From an uncultured Phycisphaerales bacterium (GTDB lineage: Bacteria > Planctomycetota > Phycisphaerae > Tepidisphaerales > Tepidisphaeraceae), in assembly GCA_963755915.1 (NCBI GenBank), contig CAVWLP010000002.1, positions 128,001 to 192,000 of the forward strand: 64,000 nt of DNA, in the 5' to 3' direction. Position 1 is the stretch's first letter; the number at the start of each line of letters is the position of its first letter. Shown one piece after another: positions 32,312 through 43,300 of the stretch. Under the pieces are notes generated by a model. That model saw nothing but the letters and a program-made list of their open reading frames with translations. It was not told the origin of the DNA and did no database searches. A program made the translations under genes and the position numbers.

Positions 32312-33727
32312 ATGGAAACAGCACTTTATAACGGTCAAAAAGTAACAGACGGCATCAATGAGGGCGTTGAAGCCCGGAAACAGCGCGGCCTTGAAATCGC
32401 CGCCTTGGCCAAGATTGACCGAAAGAACGGCATTTATCTTGTCCCGTCCGTCACCAGTCCACGGCATCAGAAATATCAGGTTCAATACAGCAAAGAGAAT
32501 CCGACTTGCACCTGTGAGGACTTCCACCAGCGCGGATGCCGTTGCAAGCATATTTATGCGGTCGAATTCGTCCGCCGCCGTGAATTGAATCCCGATGGCA
32601 GCACCACGGTTACCGAATTGGTAATCATTTCCAAAAAGCGAAAGACGTACCCGCAGAACTGGCCCGCGTACAACGCCGCGCAGACGACCGAAAAGGCAGA
32701 ATTCCAGCGGCTGCTGGCCGAAGCCTGCCGGGACTTGGTGACACCGGCGCAAGAGGGACGTGGCCAGCGTCGTATGCCGCTGTCGGACGCGGTGTTTTGT
32801 GCCGTGTTCAAGATTTATTCCACGATGAGCGCCCGCCGCTTCACCAGCGATCTTTGCGACGCGCAGGCCAAGGGACACATTCAAAAAGTCCCGCACTTCA
32901 ATAGCGTCCTGAAGGCGCTGGAGAGTGCCGAATTATTCCCGATTCTCGTGGATATGATTCAGCGGAGTGGTGCGGTGCTCGCGTCGGTTGAGTCTCAATT
33001 TGCGGTGGACTCGGCTTTGCCTTTTTAAGTTAACCTAGGTAATTTGGCGATCGATTTTATGGGCAGCCGCCGGATTTTGTGGGCAGGGGCGATTTAAAAG
33101 GCAAAGTCGGTGGACTCGACGGGCTTCGCATTCTGCCGATTCACGCGCTGGTACGACATCAAATACAATAAATTCACTTCGGAGCAGCAGTGGATCAAGG
33201 CCCATATCTGCACCGGGACAAAGACGAACGTGGTGACCGCGATTGAACTTAAGGACCGGGACACTGCCGACGCGACCCAACTCCCGGCGCTGGTGGAATC
33301 AACCGCCAAGAATTTCAACATGGTGGAAGTGTCCGCTGACAAAGGCTATTCGGGGCTGGAATCTCACAACGCGATTGCCGCCACCGGGGCGAAGCCCTTC
33401 ATCATGTTCAAAGACAATGCGACTGGTGGCGTCGGTGGATTGTTCCGCAAAATGTTCCACTTCTTCCAGTTCAACCGCGACGAATTCCTTACCCACTATC
33501 ACCGTCGGTCAAATGTTGAATCGACCGTCAGTATGATTAAGGCCAAATTCGGGGACGCGGTGCGGTCGAAAACCGAAGTTGCCGCCCGGAACGAAGTGTT
33601 GGCCAAGGTTCTCTGCCATAACATTTGCTGCCTGATAAGCGCAATGCACGAGCTTGGGATTGAGCCGGTGTTCGGCTTAGGCTCGGCTGCACAACAGAAC
33701 GTAAACCTGCACAACGAAAAGTCTTAA
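32312..33727 (+). pseudogene. SWIM zinc-finger DDE transposase interrupted by a MITE
   Basis: CTCEDF...CKHIYAV (SWIM); FAVDS|TGF, SADKGY, YHRRSNVES (IS4/IS5-type DDE); removing the insert restores the frame. Confidence 0.9.
33013..33108. mobile_element. 96-bp MITE
   Basis: TIRs GGCTTTGCCTTTT and GACTTTGCCTTTT (12/13); 9-bp TSD GGTGGACTC at 33004 and 33109. Confidence 0.9.
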
Positions 33728-33842
33728 ATATGTTCCGGTGTGCAAGGTCCAGTCCGCAACAAAATGGGTGGTTTGGGTAGTTTGAGAAAGCGAACGATAC
33801 GTTTTAACAATATTCCGCATCGTCGGTAGAAAGAAGCAATTG

Positions 33843-34430
33843 ATGATGCAAGATGCTCCTGGTGACGATCGTCTCACTCACGAAGTCACGCGAATCCTTG
33901 ACGAAGCGGGACGCGGGAACCCCCGCGCCTCCGAGGCGCTTCTTCCTTTGGTCTATGAGGAACTCCGCAAGCTAGCCGCCCATCGGATGGCGGGGGAGCG
34001 CTCGGACCACACGCTACAAGCGACAGCGCTGGTACATGAGGCGTATATCCGGTTGGTCGGCAATCGCAACTATCCGTGGGCCAGTCGTGCCCAGTTCTTT
34101 TCCGCGGCGGCCGAGGCGATGCGGCGCATTTTGATCGAACATGCCAGGGCGCAAAAGGGGCCGCGACGTGGGGGTGGATTAAAGAAATGGCCCCTGGATG
34201 TCGTCGACTTGGCTGTTGCGGACGACCCGGAACAAATCCTGGCCCTTGACGAAGCGATTTCTCGCCTTGAGCAGCAGGATGCCGATGCCGCACGCGTCGT
34301 ACGGCTTCGGTTTTATGCCGGCCTGAGTATCGACGAAGTCGCCGAGGCAGTGGGCGCGTCGCCGCGGACGGTCAAGCGTAACTGGGCCTATGCCCGCGCT
34401 TTCCTCTTTCGCGTCCTCGAAGGAAAGTAG
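33843..34430 (+). CDS. ECF sigma factor, planctomycete kinase-associated type
   Basis: LLPLVYEELRKLA, TLQATALVHEAY, AMRRILIEHAR, WAYARAFL. Confidence 0.92.
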   Translation: MMQDAPGDDRLTHEVTRILDEAGRGNPRASEALLPLVYEELRKLAAHRMAGERSDHTLQATALVHEAYIRLVGNRNYPWASRAQFFSAAAEAMRRILIEHARAQKGPRRGGGLKKWPLDVVDLAVADDPEQILALDEAISRLEQQDADAARVVRLRFYAGLSIDEVAEAVGASPRTVKRNWAYARAFLFRVLEGK

Positions 34431-34454
34431 CAGGCGTCGCCGCTGGAGTTTTGC

Positions 34455-34814
34455 ATGGCTGAGGCGCCACCCAATCGAATTAAGTCGATCTTCACTGAGG
34501 CGTCGGAGATCGCGGTCGATCAGCGGGCCGCCTTTCTGGACCAGCAGTGCGGAAACGATGCCGCGCTTTGCGCGGAGGTGGAAGCACTGCTCTCGGCCGC
34601 CGAAATGGCGGGTGAATTTCTCGGCGCTCCCACACGCCTCTCCTCCCCAACAATTGGCCAAATACCGATCCACGAAGGCCCTGGCGCGAAGATCGGCCCC
34701 TACAAGCTTCTGCAACTAATCGGCGAAGGCGGCTTCGGCAGCGTCTTCATGGCCGAGCAGGAGTTTCCCGTCCGCCGCAGGGTCGCGCTGAAGATCATCA
34801 AGCTGGGGATGGAC
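34455..34814 (+). pseudogene. N-terminal part of a Ser/Thr kinase-WD40 protein (split by inversion)
   Basis: IGPYKLLQLIGEGGFGSVFMAEQ...VALKIIKLGMD, after which similarity is lost. Confidence 0.88.
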
Positions 34815-37739
34815 CCCCCGCCGATAACGCCCATTTACCCGCACCATCGTCGGGGCAGATGGGCAGCAGCATGTGGGTTGTAGCCGACACCGGCCCCAGG
34901 GACTGGATCTGCTTGAGGGTACGCCTATCCAGAATGGGGATGTAGTGATCATTACCAGGTACCGCCAACCGGTCCGGATCAAGAAACGTCATTCCGCGAG
35001 CTTCGCCGGATACATAAGACCGTCGTGTGCTGCCCCCCGGACCAAGATCCCAATCAACGACCAAGCCTGTGCCCGTGTAACCAATGAACAGGTGCCCGTC
35101 CGTCGCGGCGCGAGAGAGTCTCGGGCGCCGCTGTCTGCAACAGGCGCAAATGCAACCACCTGACCTTCACCCAGGTCGTTGAGCGCCCGCAAGAGTTTCC
35201 CGGTGCGCGTGTCCCAGATGCGGGCGGTGTAATCGGCTCCCACCGTCGCAAGCGACCGTCCATCCGGGGAGATCGCCAGTGATCGCGGACTGCCATCATG
35301 GGCCTTAACCGACCAGAGCGTTTTACCTGAAAGCAGTTCGATGGCCTGTACGGCATCGTCGCCAAAGGTTGACGTATAAAGGTATTTGCCATCCGCTGAC
35401 AGAGCGTTGGCTTCACTCCAATGCCAATTGTCGATGCGTGCCCGCCGAAGCACTCGACCCGTGACAGTGTCCTGCACCACAATCGCGTCCCCGGCAGGTG
35501 TTCTGCCGGCACAGAGCAATCCGTCTGGGGTCATGGTAATCCCGGCATCGCTGTCTTCACCGATTCGTACCGGTGCCCGAACCGGCCACGCATAGGCGCG
35601 ACCGTTGTGGTCGACACCGATTACCACTCCCTGGTCTGTGGGTGGCGTTGCCTTGGTGGACTCGCATGCGATCGCCCCGGTGTCGGGGACGAACCCGATT
35701 TCCATCCGAGACGCGTTTTGGTTTCCCAGTTCGACTCCGCCAAAACCCGGCGTGGTGAGGCTGGCGTCGAGCACGCGTATCGTGCCGTCACTTCCAGAGG
35801 TGATTACCCGTTGTCCCTCAGGTGTGACAACGACGGTGCGTATCGTCCCGCTCTGAACCGACGTTACAGTTCCTTTGGCGCCAGAGACCGGAAAGAATCC
35901 GAGTTCGCCATTGTATTTTCCTCCGCAAACGACGCCCGTATCATCCGGAGTGAAGGTGACACACTCACTTCCCCCATCAAGTCCCTTAATTTCCCGAATA
36001 AGCTTACCGGTCCGTGGCTCCCAAAGCCTGATGGTGTTTTGCCTGGTGACAGTCGCCACCATCAAACCATCGTGGGAAAACGAAAGAGCATCCACGGCAA
36101 TACCGTGCCGTCCTTCACCGAGACGCTTGAAAGTGTCCGTTTCCCAAAAAACCACCGCGTCCCCCGCATCGATTGACGCCGCCAGCTTTCCGTCTGGCGA
36201 GAGCGCGCAGGCTCGCGTGGCGCGGTCATCCTGAATCTCGCGAACAATCGCGCCGGTCTTAACATCCATAATGCGGGTGAACCCCTCGCTGCCTGCCACG
36301 ACCACGGGACCGTCGGGGGATTCGACACTGGCCATGCATTTCACGTCGCGGGCGTCGCCAAATGAGCGCAGTTCCCGGCCGCTGATGATGTCCAGCACAT
36401 GAAATTGTTTGTCCTCGCCATTCCCGGCGAGAAGAAGCTCTTTTCGTTTGGCCAGCAACGTCCAGACTTTCGGCGCTCCGCCGGGGATTGTCGCTGTCCA
36501 GAGGGGTGGTGGCGAAAGTCGATACAGGCGAACCAGCGATAGATTCAGCGCGCCATACGGCTCGCCAAGCTCCTTAAGAATTGTCTCAGCCTCGGCAAGC
36601 CGTGCGTAGCTGGCGGGGAACTCTCGAGTTGCCATGAGCGCGTCGGCGTTGCTGATCAGACTGTTGGCATATTGAAGGCGGCTTCGGTGGGCTTCATCTT
36701 CCGCGCGAGCCGCCTGGGCCTGGGCAAGTGCCTTTTCGCGCTCTGCAACTAGCTGAGCATCGAGGACCCGGTCGCGTTCACGGATCAACTGATGGTCGGC
36801 GCGGGTGGCTCGGATGGCCTGCCAGGAGCTGATCGCGACGGCAGCCACCAGCAGCACCGCAATCGACCCCGCCAGTGCCAGCGGCTTGCGGTATCGCCTG
36901 GCAAATTTCTCCAGGCGATAGCGCGCCGATGGTGGGCAGGCTTCCACGGGTTCATCCGCCAGATAACGCTCGATGTCCCGCGCCATTGCGCTGGCGGTGT
37001 CGTATCGCCGGGTGCGGTCTTTCTCCAGCGACCGCATGACGATCCAATCGATTTCACCTCTAAGCAACCGGCTGAGTTTCGCCGGATCGCTTCGCCGTTC
37101 GGCGGCAACGGTCGCGAGCTGCACGCCCATCGTGCTGAGCCGCGTTGATGGCGCAGGCGGATCCTGCTCCTGGATCATCTTCTGCATCTGCTCATAAGCG
37201 GCTGTCCGCAGCGCCTTGGCGTCCAGTGGAGTTGTTCCTGTCAGCAACTCGTAAAAAAGCACACCCAGGCTGTAGACATCCGAGCGGGTGTCGATATCCA
37301 ACCCGCTCATCTGTGCCTGCTCGGGACTCATGTATTGCGGTGTGCCGATCATCTGCCGGAATTCCGTGAAAAGAGTTTTCTCGGTCAACCGCTGATGCAT
37401 CGCCTTGGCAACCCCAAAGTCGATCACCTTGGGGACTGCCTTGTCGTCATGAAGTGTGGTCAACACATTGGTCGGTTTGATGTCGCGGTGAATAATCCCC
37501 TTGGAGTGCGCATGCTGCACCGCATGGCAAACCTGCAGAAACAGTTCGAGCCGCTCCCGGGTGGTTAGTTTGTTGGTATTACAGTATTCCGTGATCGGAA
37601 TTCCATGCACCAGTTCCATCACGAAATAAGGCCTGCCGGTTTCGGTGGCACCGGCATCAAAGACCCTGGCGATGTTGGGATGATCCATCATCGCCAGCGC
37701 CTGCCGCTCGGCCTCAAAACGCGCGATGACCTGTTTGGT
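34815..37739 (-). pseudogene. Inverted central part of the Ser/Thr kinase-WD40 protein
   Basis: Begins [44 protein letters not shown] segment, WD40 repeats; one frameshift near 35115. Confidence 0.88.
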
Positions 37740-38581
37740 GTGACGAGATGCTGGTCTGGGACTTGGTCTCAGGCAAGGAACTGTGCGTTTTTTCGAGATT
37801 TGACGATTACCCCCTGGGCAGCGCGGCGGTGTCGGCCGATGGGAAGATTGTCTGCTGCCGCGGAGCCCGGCGAATCAATCTCGATCTGCCCGAGCAATAT
37901 CGCAAGCTTGGACCAGACCCTGCGCCTGTTGCCCAGGCCGCCTGGTATGCTGAATGGGGTGTCTGGGCATGGACGCGGGAGTTGCTGCTCCGCGAGCGCC
38001 TGGCCGGACATGAAGTGCCCGCGCTTCTGCTTGCCAGGTCAGATTGGATGTGCGGCGATACCGACGGTGCCCGCGAGGCGTTCGACCTGGCGGTCGCCCG
38101 GCATGAAACTCCCGCGTGGTACGCCACACTATGCATGTCGGTCGGTAATGACCCATTGGTGATTCATTTCACGCAACCGGCCACCCGTCCCAGCGATCCG
38201 GTCGAATCCCACCCGCTATCCCTGCCGCTTGCGGGGAGCGTCCTGTCGGCTGGCGATGTGAAGGATCTCATCCCGCTGATTGGTAAAGAGGTGACGGTGG
38301 AAGGGATCGTCGCCGAAAGTGTCTGGAGCAAGAACGCCAAGCATCTCGACATCGTCTTTCAGGGCGATACCGAGGACACTCCCGGGTTGGTGTGTGTTCT
38401 GCACCGCGAGAATCGCGCGGCCTTTGATGCCGCATTTGACTCCGATGCCCGCACCGCTTTTTCCGGAGCCCGGCTGCGGGTACATGGAACGCTCATACCG
38501 TACACAGGTAAGCGCGCCGAACTCAAAGGATGGCCGCAGATCGATTTGGAAGACGTCAAGCAGGTGACTATCGTGAAATAA
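37740..38581 (+). pseudogene. C-terminal part of the Ser/Thr kinase-WD40 protein
   Basis: [14 protein letters not shown] completes a WD40 repeat; OB-fold-like tail (GKEVTVEG...PQIDL). Confidence 0.8.
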
Positions 38582-38889
38582 TCGTCCAATCGAACTGGCC
38601 CCTCCATGGTTGGCGTTGACGTTTAGAAGTGTGTGATCCACGGTATTTTGCGACCGAAGCGCGGCGAGTGAATCCTGGAAACGTAGGCCCCCCAACCGCG
38701 CTGACAGCACCATCATCTATGCCGGCGGAGCCGGGACCCCATCCCTGAAATTCCATTCGCCTGAGTGCCGCGTCCCATTCTTCGACAAATCTTGTCCCCA
38801 AACCAGTCAATCTCTCGCGTTGAGAAACGGAAAGCGCGACGCCGAGAGGCGTTGCGCATTCATAGGGCAATCTTTTTGAAGGAGAGAAT

Positions 38890-40163
38890 ATGAGATCGAA
38901 GCATTGGATTTCGTTTGGCGGGTGCATTGATCGCAGGGGTTGCAGCAGGCTGCTTCTCTTGTCCTTTGTTTGGTTGGGGCCCGCCCTGGCCCCAGCAGCG
39001 CGGGCTGACATCCTGTACAGCCTCATCGATTTGGGTGCCTTGGGTGGTACAGGCAGCCAAGGCTGGGCGATCAACGCCAGCGGGCAAGTGACGGGGGACG
39101 CAGGCACCAGCGGAAACGCCACCGCTCATGCTTTCCTGTACAGCAATGGCAGCATGACTGATCTGGGCACGCTCGGCGGCACATACAGCCAGGGCATCGC
39201 GATCAACGACAGCGGTCAGGTGACCGGGGAAGCAACCACCAGCGGAAACGCCACTCATGCTTTCCTGTACAGCAATGGCAGCATGACGGATCTGGGCACG
39301 CTCAGCGGCACAGACAGCTACGGCGCGGCGATCAACGACAGCGGGCAGGTGACGGGGCAATCAGACATCAGCGGAAACTCCCCTCATGCTTTCCTGTACA
39401 GCAATGGCAGCATGACGGATCTAGGCACGCTCGGCGGCACAGAAAGCTACGGCACCGCGATCAACGCCAGTGGGCAGGTGATGGGGTTCTCAGACACCAG
39501 CGGAAATGCCGCCGTTCATGCATTCCTGTACAGCAATGGCCACATGACTGATCTGGGCACGATCGGCGGCACACGCACCAGCGGCACCGCAATCAACGCA
39601 AGCGGACAGGTGACGGGGTTCTCATACACCAGCGGAAACGCCGCCTATCATGCTTTCCTGTACAGCAATGGCAGCATGACTGATTTGGGCACGCTTGGCG
39701 GCACGATCAGTCAGGGCTCCGCAATCAACGCAAGCGGACAGGTAACGGGGGCGCAGAGATCAGCGGAAACGCCACTCATGCTTTCCTGTACAGCAATGGC
39801 AGCATGACCGATCTAGGCACGCTCGGCGGCACAGACAGCTACGGCGAGGCGATCAACGACAGCGGGCAGGTCGTGGGATCCGCCAACACCAGCATAGGCG
39901 ACTGGGACGCATTCCTGTACAGCAACGGCAGCATGATCGACCTCAACAGCGTGGTTGCTCCCGGTTCCGGTTTCACGATGACCGAAGCCGACGGCATCAA
40001 CGATGCCGGCGACATCTGTGGGCAAGGAACCGACGCCGATGGCAACAGTTACGCATTTGAGCTCACGCCTATAGCCGTCCCCGAACCCGCCTCGGCCAGC
40101 TTGCTCGCCATTGGCTCGCCGGTCCTTTTCGCTCGCCGTCGGCGACCGCAGGAACAAATCTAA
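38890..40163 (+). CDS. HAF-repeat PEP-CTERM extracellular protein, frameshifted near 39755
   Basis: About seven repeats of HAFLYSNGSMTDLGTLGG...AINxSGQV; C-terminal VPEP...RRRR. Confidence 0.9.
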
Positions 40164-40313
40164 TTCCATTCGGCCAAATGCATCTCGGCGGTTGGAGTAG
40201 CGGATACAGCAGAATATTCAAACTTTGGGAAGGATCTCACTCCACCGCCAACTCCGCATTGCCCGTGAATTTAATGGTTCGTGAATTCAAGTTCGCGTCA
40301 CCTTTATTCATAA

Positions 40314-43300
40314 CTATTGGGGCAATACCACATCAATCGGAACCTCCGTCCACGGCCCCTGGCCGGGCGACAGCGGGGGCACCGTGATCTGCTGGCTGAA
40401 TGATGAGCCACCGCTTAAAGGCATCGCCAGCCGGTAATTCCCGGGGCGGAGAAAGAAGAGGGTGCCTATGCGCGGGACATCGCAGGGAGGGAGCTGATTA
40501 TTGCCATCGAAGACCTGGGGCGGGGGCGAGGTAATGGGGGTTCCAGTGGAGGACCAGACGGCCACGTTCACGTGCCGGAAATGCGCCGGGGAGAAATCGG
40601 TGCGAATTTCGGTGGTCTGGCCCGCCGTCATCGTGAAATGCGGGAGGCCGGGAATGGGCACGAGGCTGCCCATGGGATAAGAGAAGTAGTAGCGTCCGGG
40701 AGGGAGTGGGATTTTGTCGGTAGCGGAATCCCAGAGGCCCATTTCGCAGTGGGTAGAGCCGTCTTCGGATTGGAGGTCGAAGCGGATGGGGAAAGGTTCC
40801 TTGCCGGAGGGGGCCGAGGTGTCGATGAGGCGAAGGGTGGCGGATGATTTGGGGATTCGCATGGTCAGCGACGTTTCCGCGGTTCCCGCGATTCGCTGGA
40901 AGGGGGAGGTGAAGAGAAGGTTGCCATCATCGAAAAAGGCGGCGGAAATAATCAGGTTCTGAGCAGGGACGCCGGTGGCGCGCAGGTGATCGCCTTCGTT
41001 GTCGAAGTCCAACATGCGGGCCCATAGAAGGCCATTGGGCCAGGGGGTGGAGACGACGACAGTGCGGCGGGAAGAGGCGAGGGCCGGATCGTCGAAGGTG
41101 AGGCGGAGAACGACATCGCCCTGGTCGCAGTCGATTGCGCCGAGATCCTGAGGCTGTGCCGTGAGGTCGATGCGGTGGATGGGTACCCAGTCCCGACGGG
41201 AGCCGGACAGGAAGAAGAGGTGGTATGGACCCGGAGGGGCGCCGAAGAAGTTGAAAAATCCATTGGCGTCAGAGGCGCACTTGGCTTCAAAGGGCGTGCC
41301 GTAGAAAGATTGGGTCGTGAGCAGAAGGTTCTGGTAGGCAAATGGATTTCCATCCTTCACGAGACGGCCGCGGATGGTGGGGACGGGGCCACCGAAATCG
41401 AGACGGGCAGTACGGCCATCGACGGGACGAACGACGCGGAAGGCGACGCCCTGAAGATCCTGGCCACCGGCGAGGTTCACCCAGAGGCATTTAGTGGGAA
41501 GATGCGGGGCGCGATAGCGGCCTTGTTCGTCGGCAGTCACTGCCAGCACCCGGTGGGCCTTTACGCGGGCGTCCATGAAGGTGATCTGATCGTCGGAGTC
41601 CTGAATAAGGAGGCTGGCGTGGGGAACAGGCTGACCTTTATCGTCGTACACCGTTCCCTCAACAGTGCCGCCGGCGTGAAGGGAAATCGTTCCCGCATCG
41701 GTCTGCTTTCCTTCGGCGAGGGCGAAGCCCGGGACGATCAGCGGGGAAAAATCGGTGTGGACGATTTTCAGCGTCTCAGTGCCGGGCTGAAGGTGAGGGA
41801 GGAGGAAATGACCAGTGGCGTCGGTGACGACCGCTCCGGTTTCCCCTTCAAAATTCTCCTGCATCGGAAAGTCGGTGCTGACAGCCATGGAGAGAGGAAT
41901 GACTTTCGCGCCGGTGACGGGATTGCCGGAGGAATCTGTCACGATCCCGGCGAGGGAGCCACCGGGCGTAAGGCGAATCGGGATGTCCCTGACCCGCTGA
42001 TTTTCTTCGAGCCGGACCTTGGGGGTCCATTGCCAGGCGTAGTCGCGGGTGGAAATCTGAAGGGAGTAGATGCCGGGGCCGACGCATTCGACGCTGAATT
42101 TTCCGCCGGGGTCGTCGACCTGGGTCCACTGCGGGTCCTGGCTGTAATTGAGGCCGTCGCCGAGCGTTTCAAATTTCCGCACGCGGACGGCGAAGTTGGT
42201 CACGGGATTGCCGGTGGGATCGGTGACGGTGCCGGTCAGACGGGGCTGATTGATGATTTGAAGGGTGATGAGCGGGAGGTTGCCGGGCACTTGGACGCGA
42301 TCGATTTGAAATGGGGTTATGTCTTCAGCGTCGATGGAAAGCTGGTAGGCGCCGGGAGGAAGTTTGAGGGAGTATTGCATTTCGGTGTGGGAGCGGGGGA
42401 TATTCTGGGCCCAGGCGGAATAGCGCTCTTGATTTTCCAAACTAGTGAAATCGACGGAGAGCATGTCGCGCGAGAGTCGGCCGCCGGAGAGTTGAATCTT
42501 GCCGGAGACAGTGACGAGAGAGCCGAGGGACGGCATGGGGACGTTGAGGGTGATGGGCTGGGTGGTGGGGGGCATCTGGAGGGTTCCGATCTGCCGGCCG
42601 GAACTTTCGCCCCAGACGTAGAGCACATTTTCGCCGGGGGCGAGGCCGGTGAGGGTGAAATTGCCGGCGGCGTCGATCTGGGTCCGGGAAAGAATGCCGT
42701 TGCCGGTCCACCAGTCGGGCTGGGCGGAAATCGTATATCCGGCCGCCGGCTTGTGATCGGAGCAGATGGCCACGCCCTTGATGGATAGTCCCGGCTGCAT
42801 GATGAGGGTGACGTCAAGCGGCTTGTCGGCGGAGGCGGGGGTAATCACCTGGCGCGCGGGGGCGAAGCTTTCCAGGGAAGCAAAGACGACGAATTGGCCC
42901 TGGTTGAGGGGAAGCGTATAGCTGGACGTGCCGCTGTGATCGGAACGATCCTGCGGATCGGGGCGAACTCTGGTTCCCAGAAGCTGGCCAAAGGGAAGAA
43001 CGGCAATGTCTTCCGGAGCCAGGCGTTTGCCCTGGCTATCCGTGACGAGCACCTTGATCTGCTGTCCCTTCTGGAGGACGAAATCGCGGCGTGCCCTGGA
43101 GGTGGGGGAGAGTTGGATGGTTGGCGTGTTGTTTGAGTCACCGAGCGAGACAAATCCGCGGGCGAGCACGGAGAGTTGGTAGGTGCCGCTTCTTCCCCTC
43201 CGCAGGGCGCGGAAATTATAGTAGCCTTGGGAATCGGTGGTGGTGGGTGCGCCGCCGCCCACGATTTGCACCTGTGCACCGGGAACCGGATTCCCGGCAG

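Larger units (their letters stand above)
31088..33749. mobile_element. Cargo-carrying IS5/IS903-like element with a SWIM-finger transposase
   Basis: Direct repeat CAGTCCGCA(A) at 31079 and 33750; imperfect TIRs AGCTTTGCACAACGG and GACCTTGCACACCGG (11/15); sub-terminal TGCACAAC repeats. Confidence 0.8.

Noticed and set aside
39020-39950. ~130-bp tandem repeats as a CRISPR-like or diversity-generating array
   Set aside because: They are in-frame HAF protein repeats; no cas or reverse transcriptase gene is nearby
41175-42788. Long antisense ORFs (here and at 11104, 14839, 22419, 46353 and others)
   Set aside because: Shadow frames of high-GC genes with no recognisable motifs
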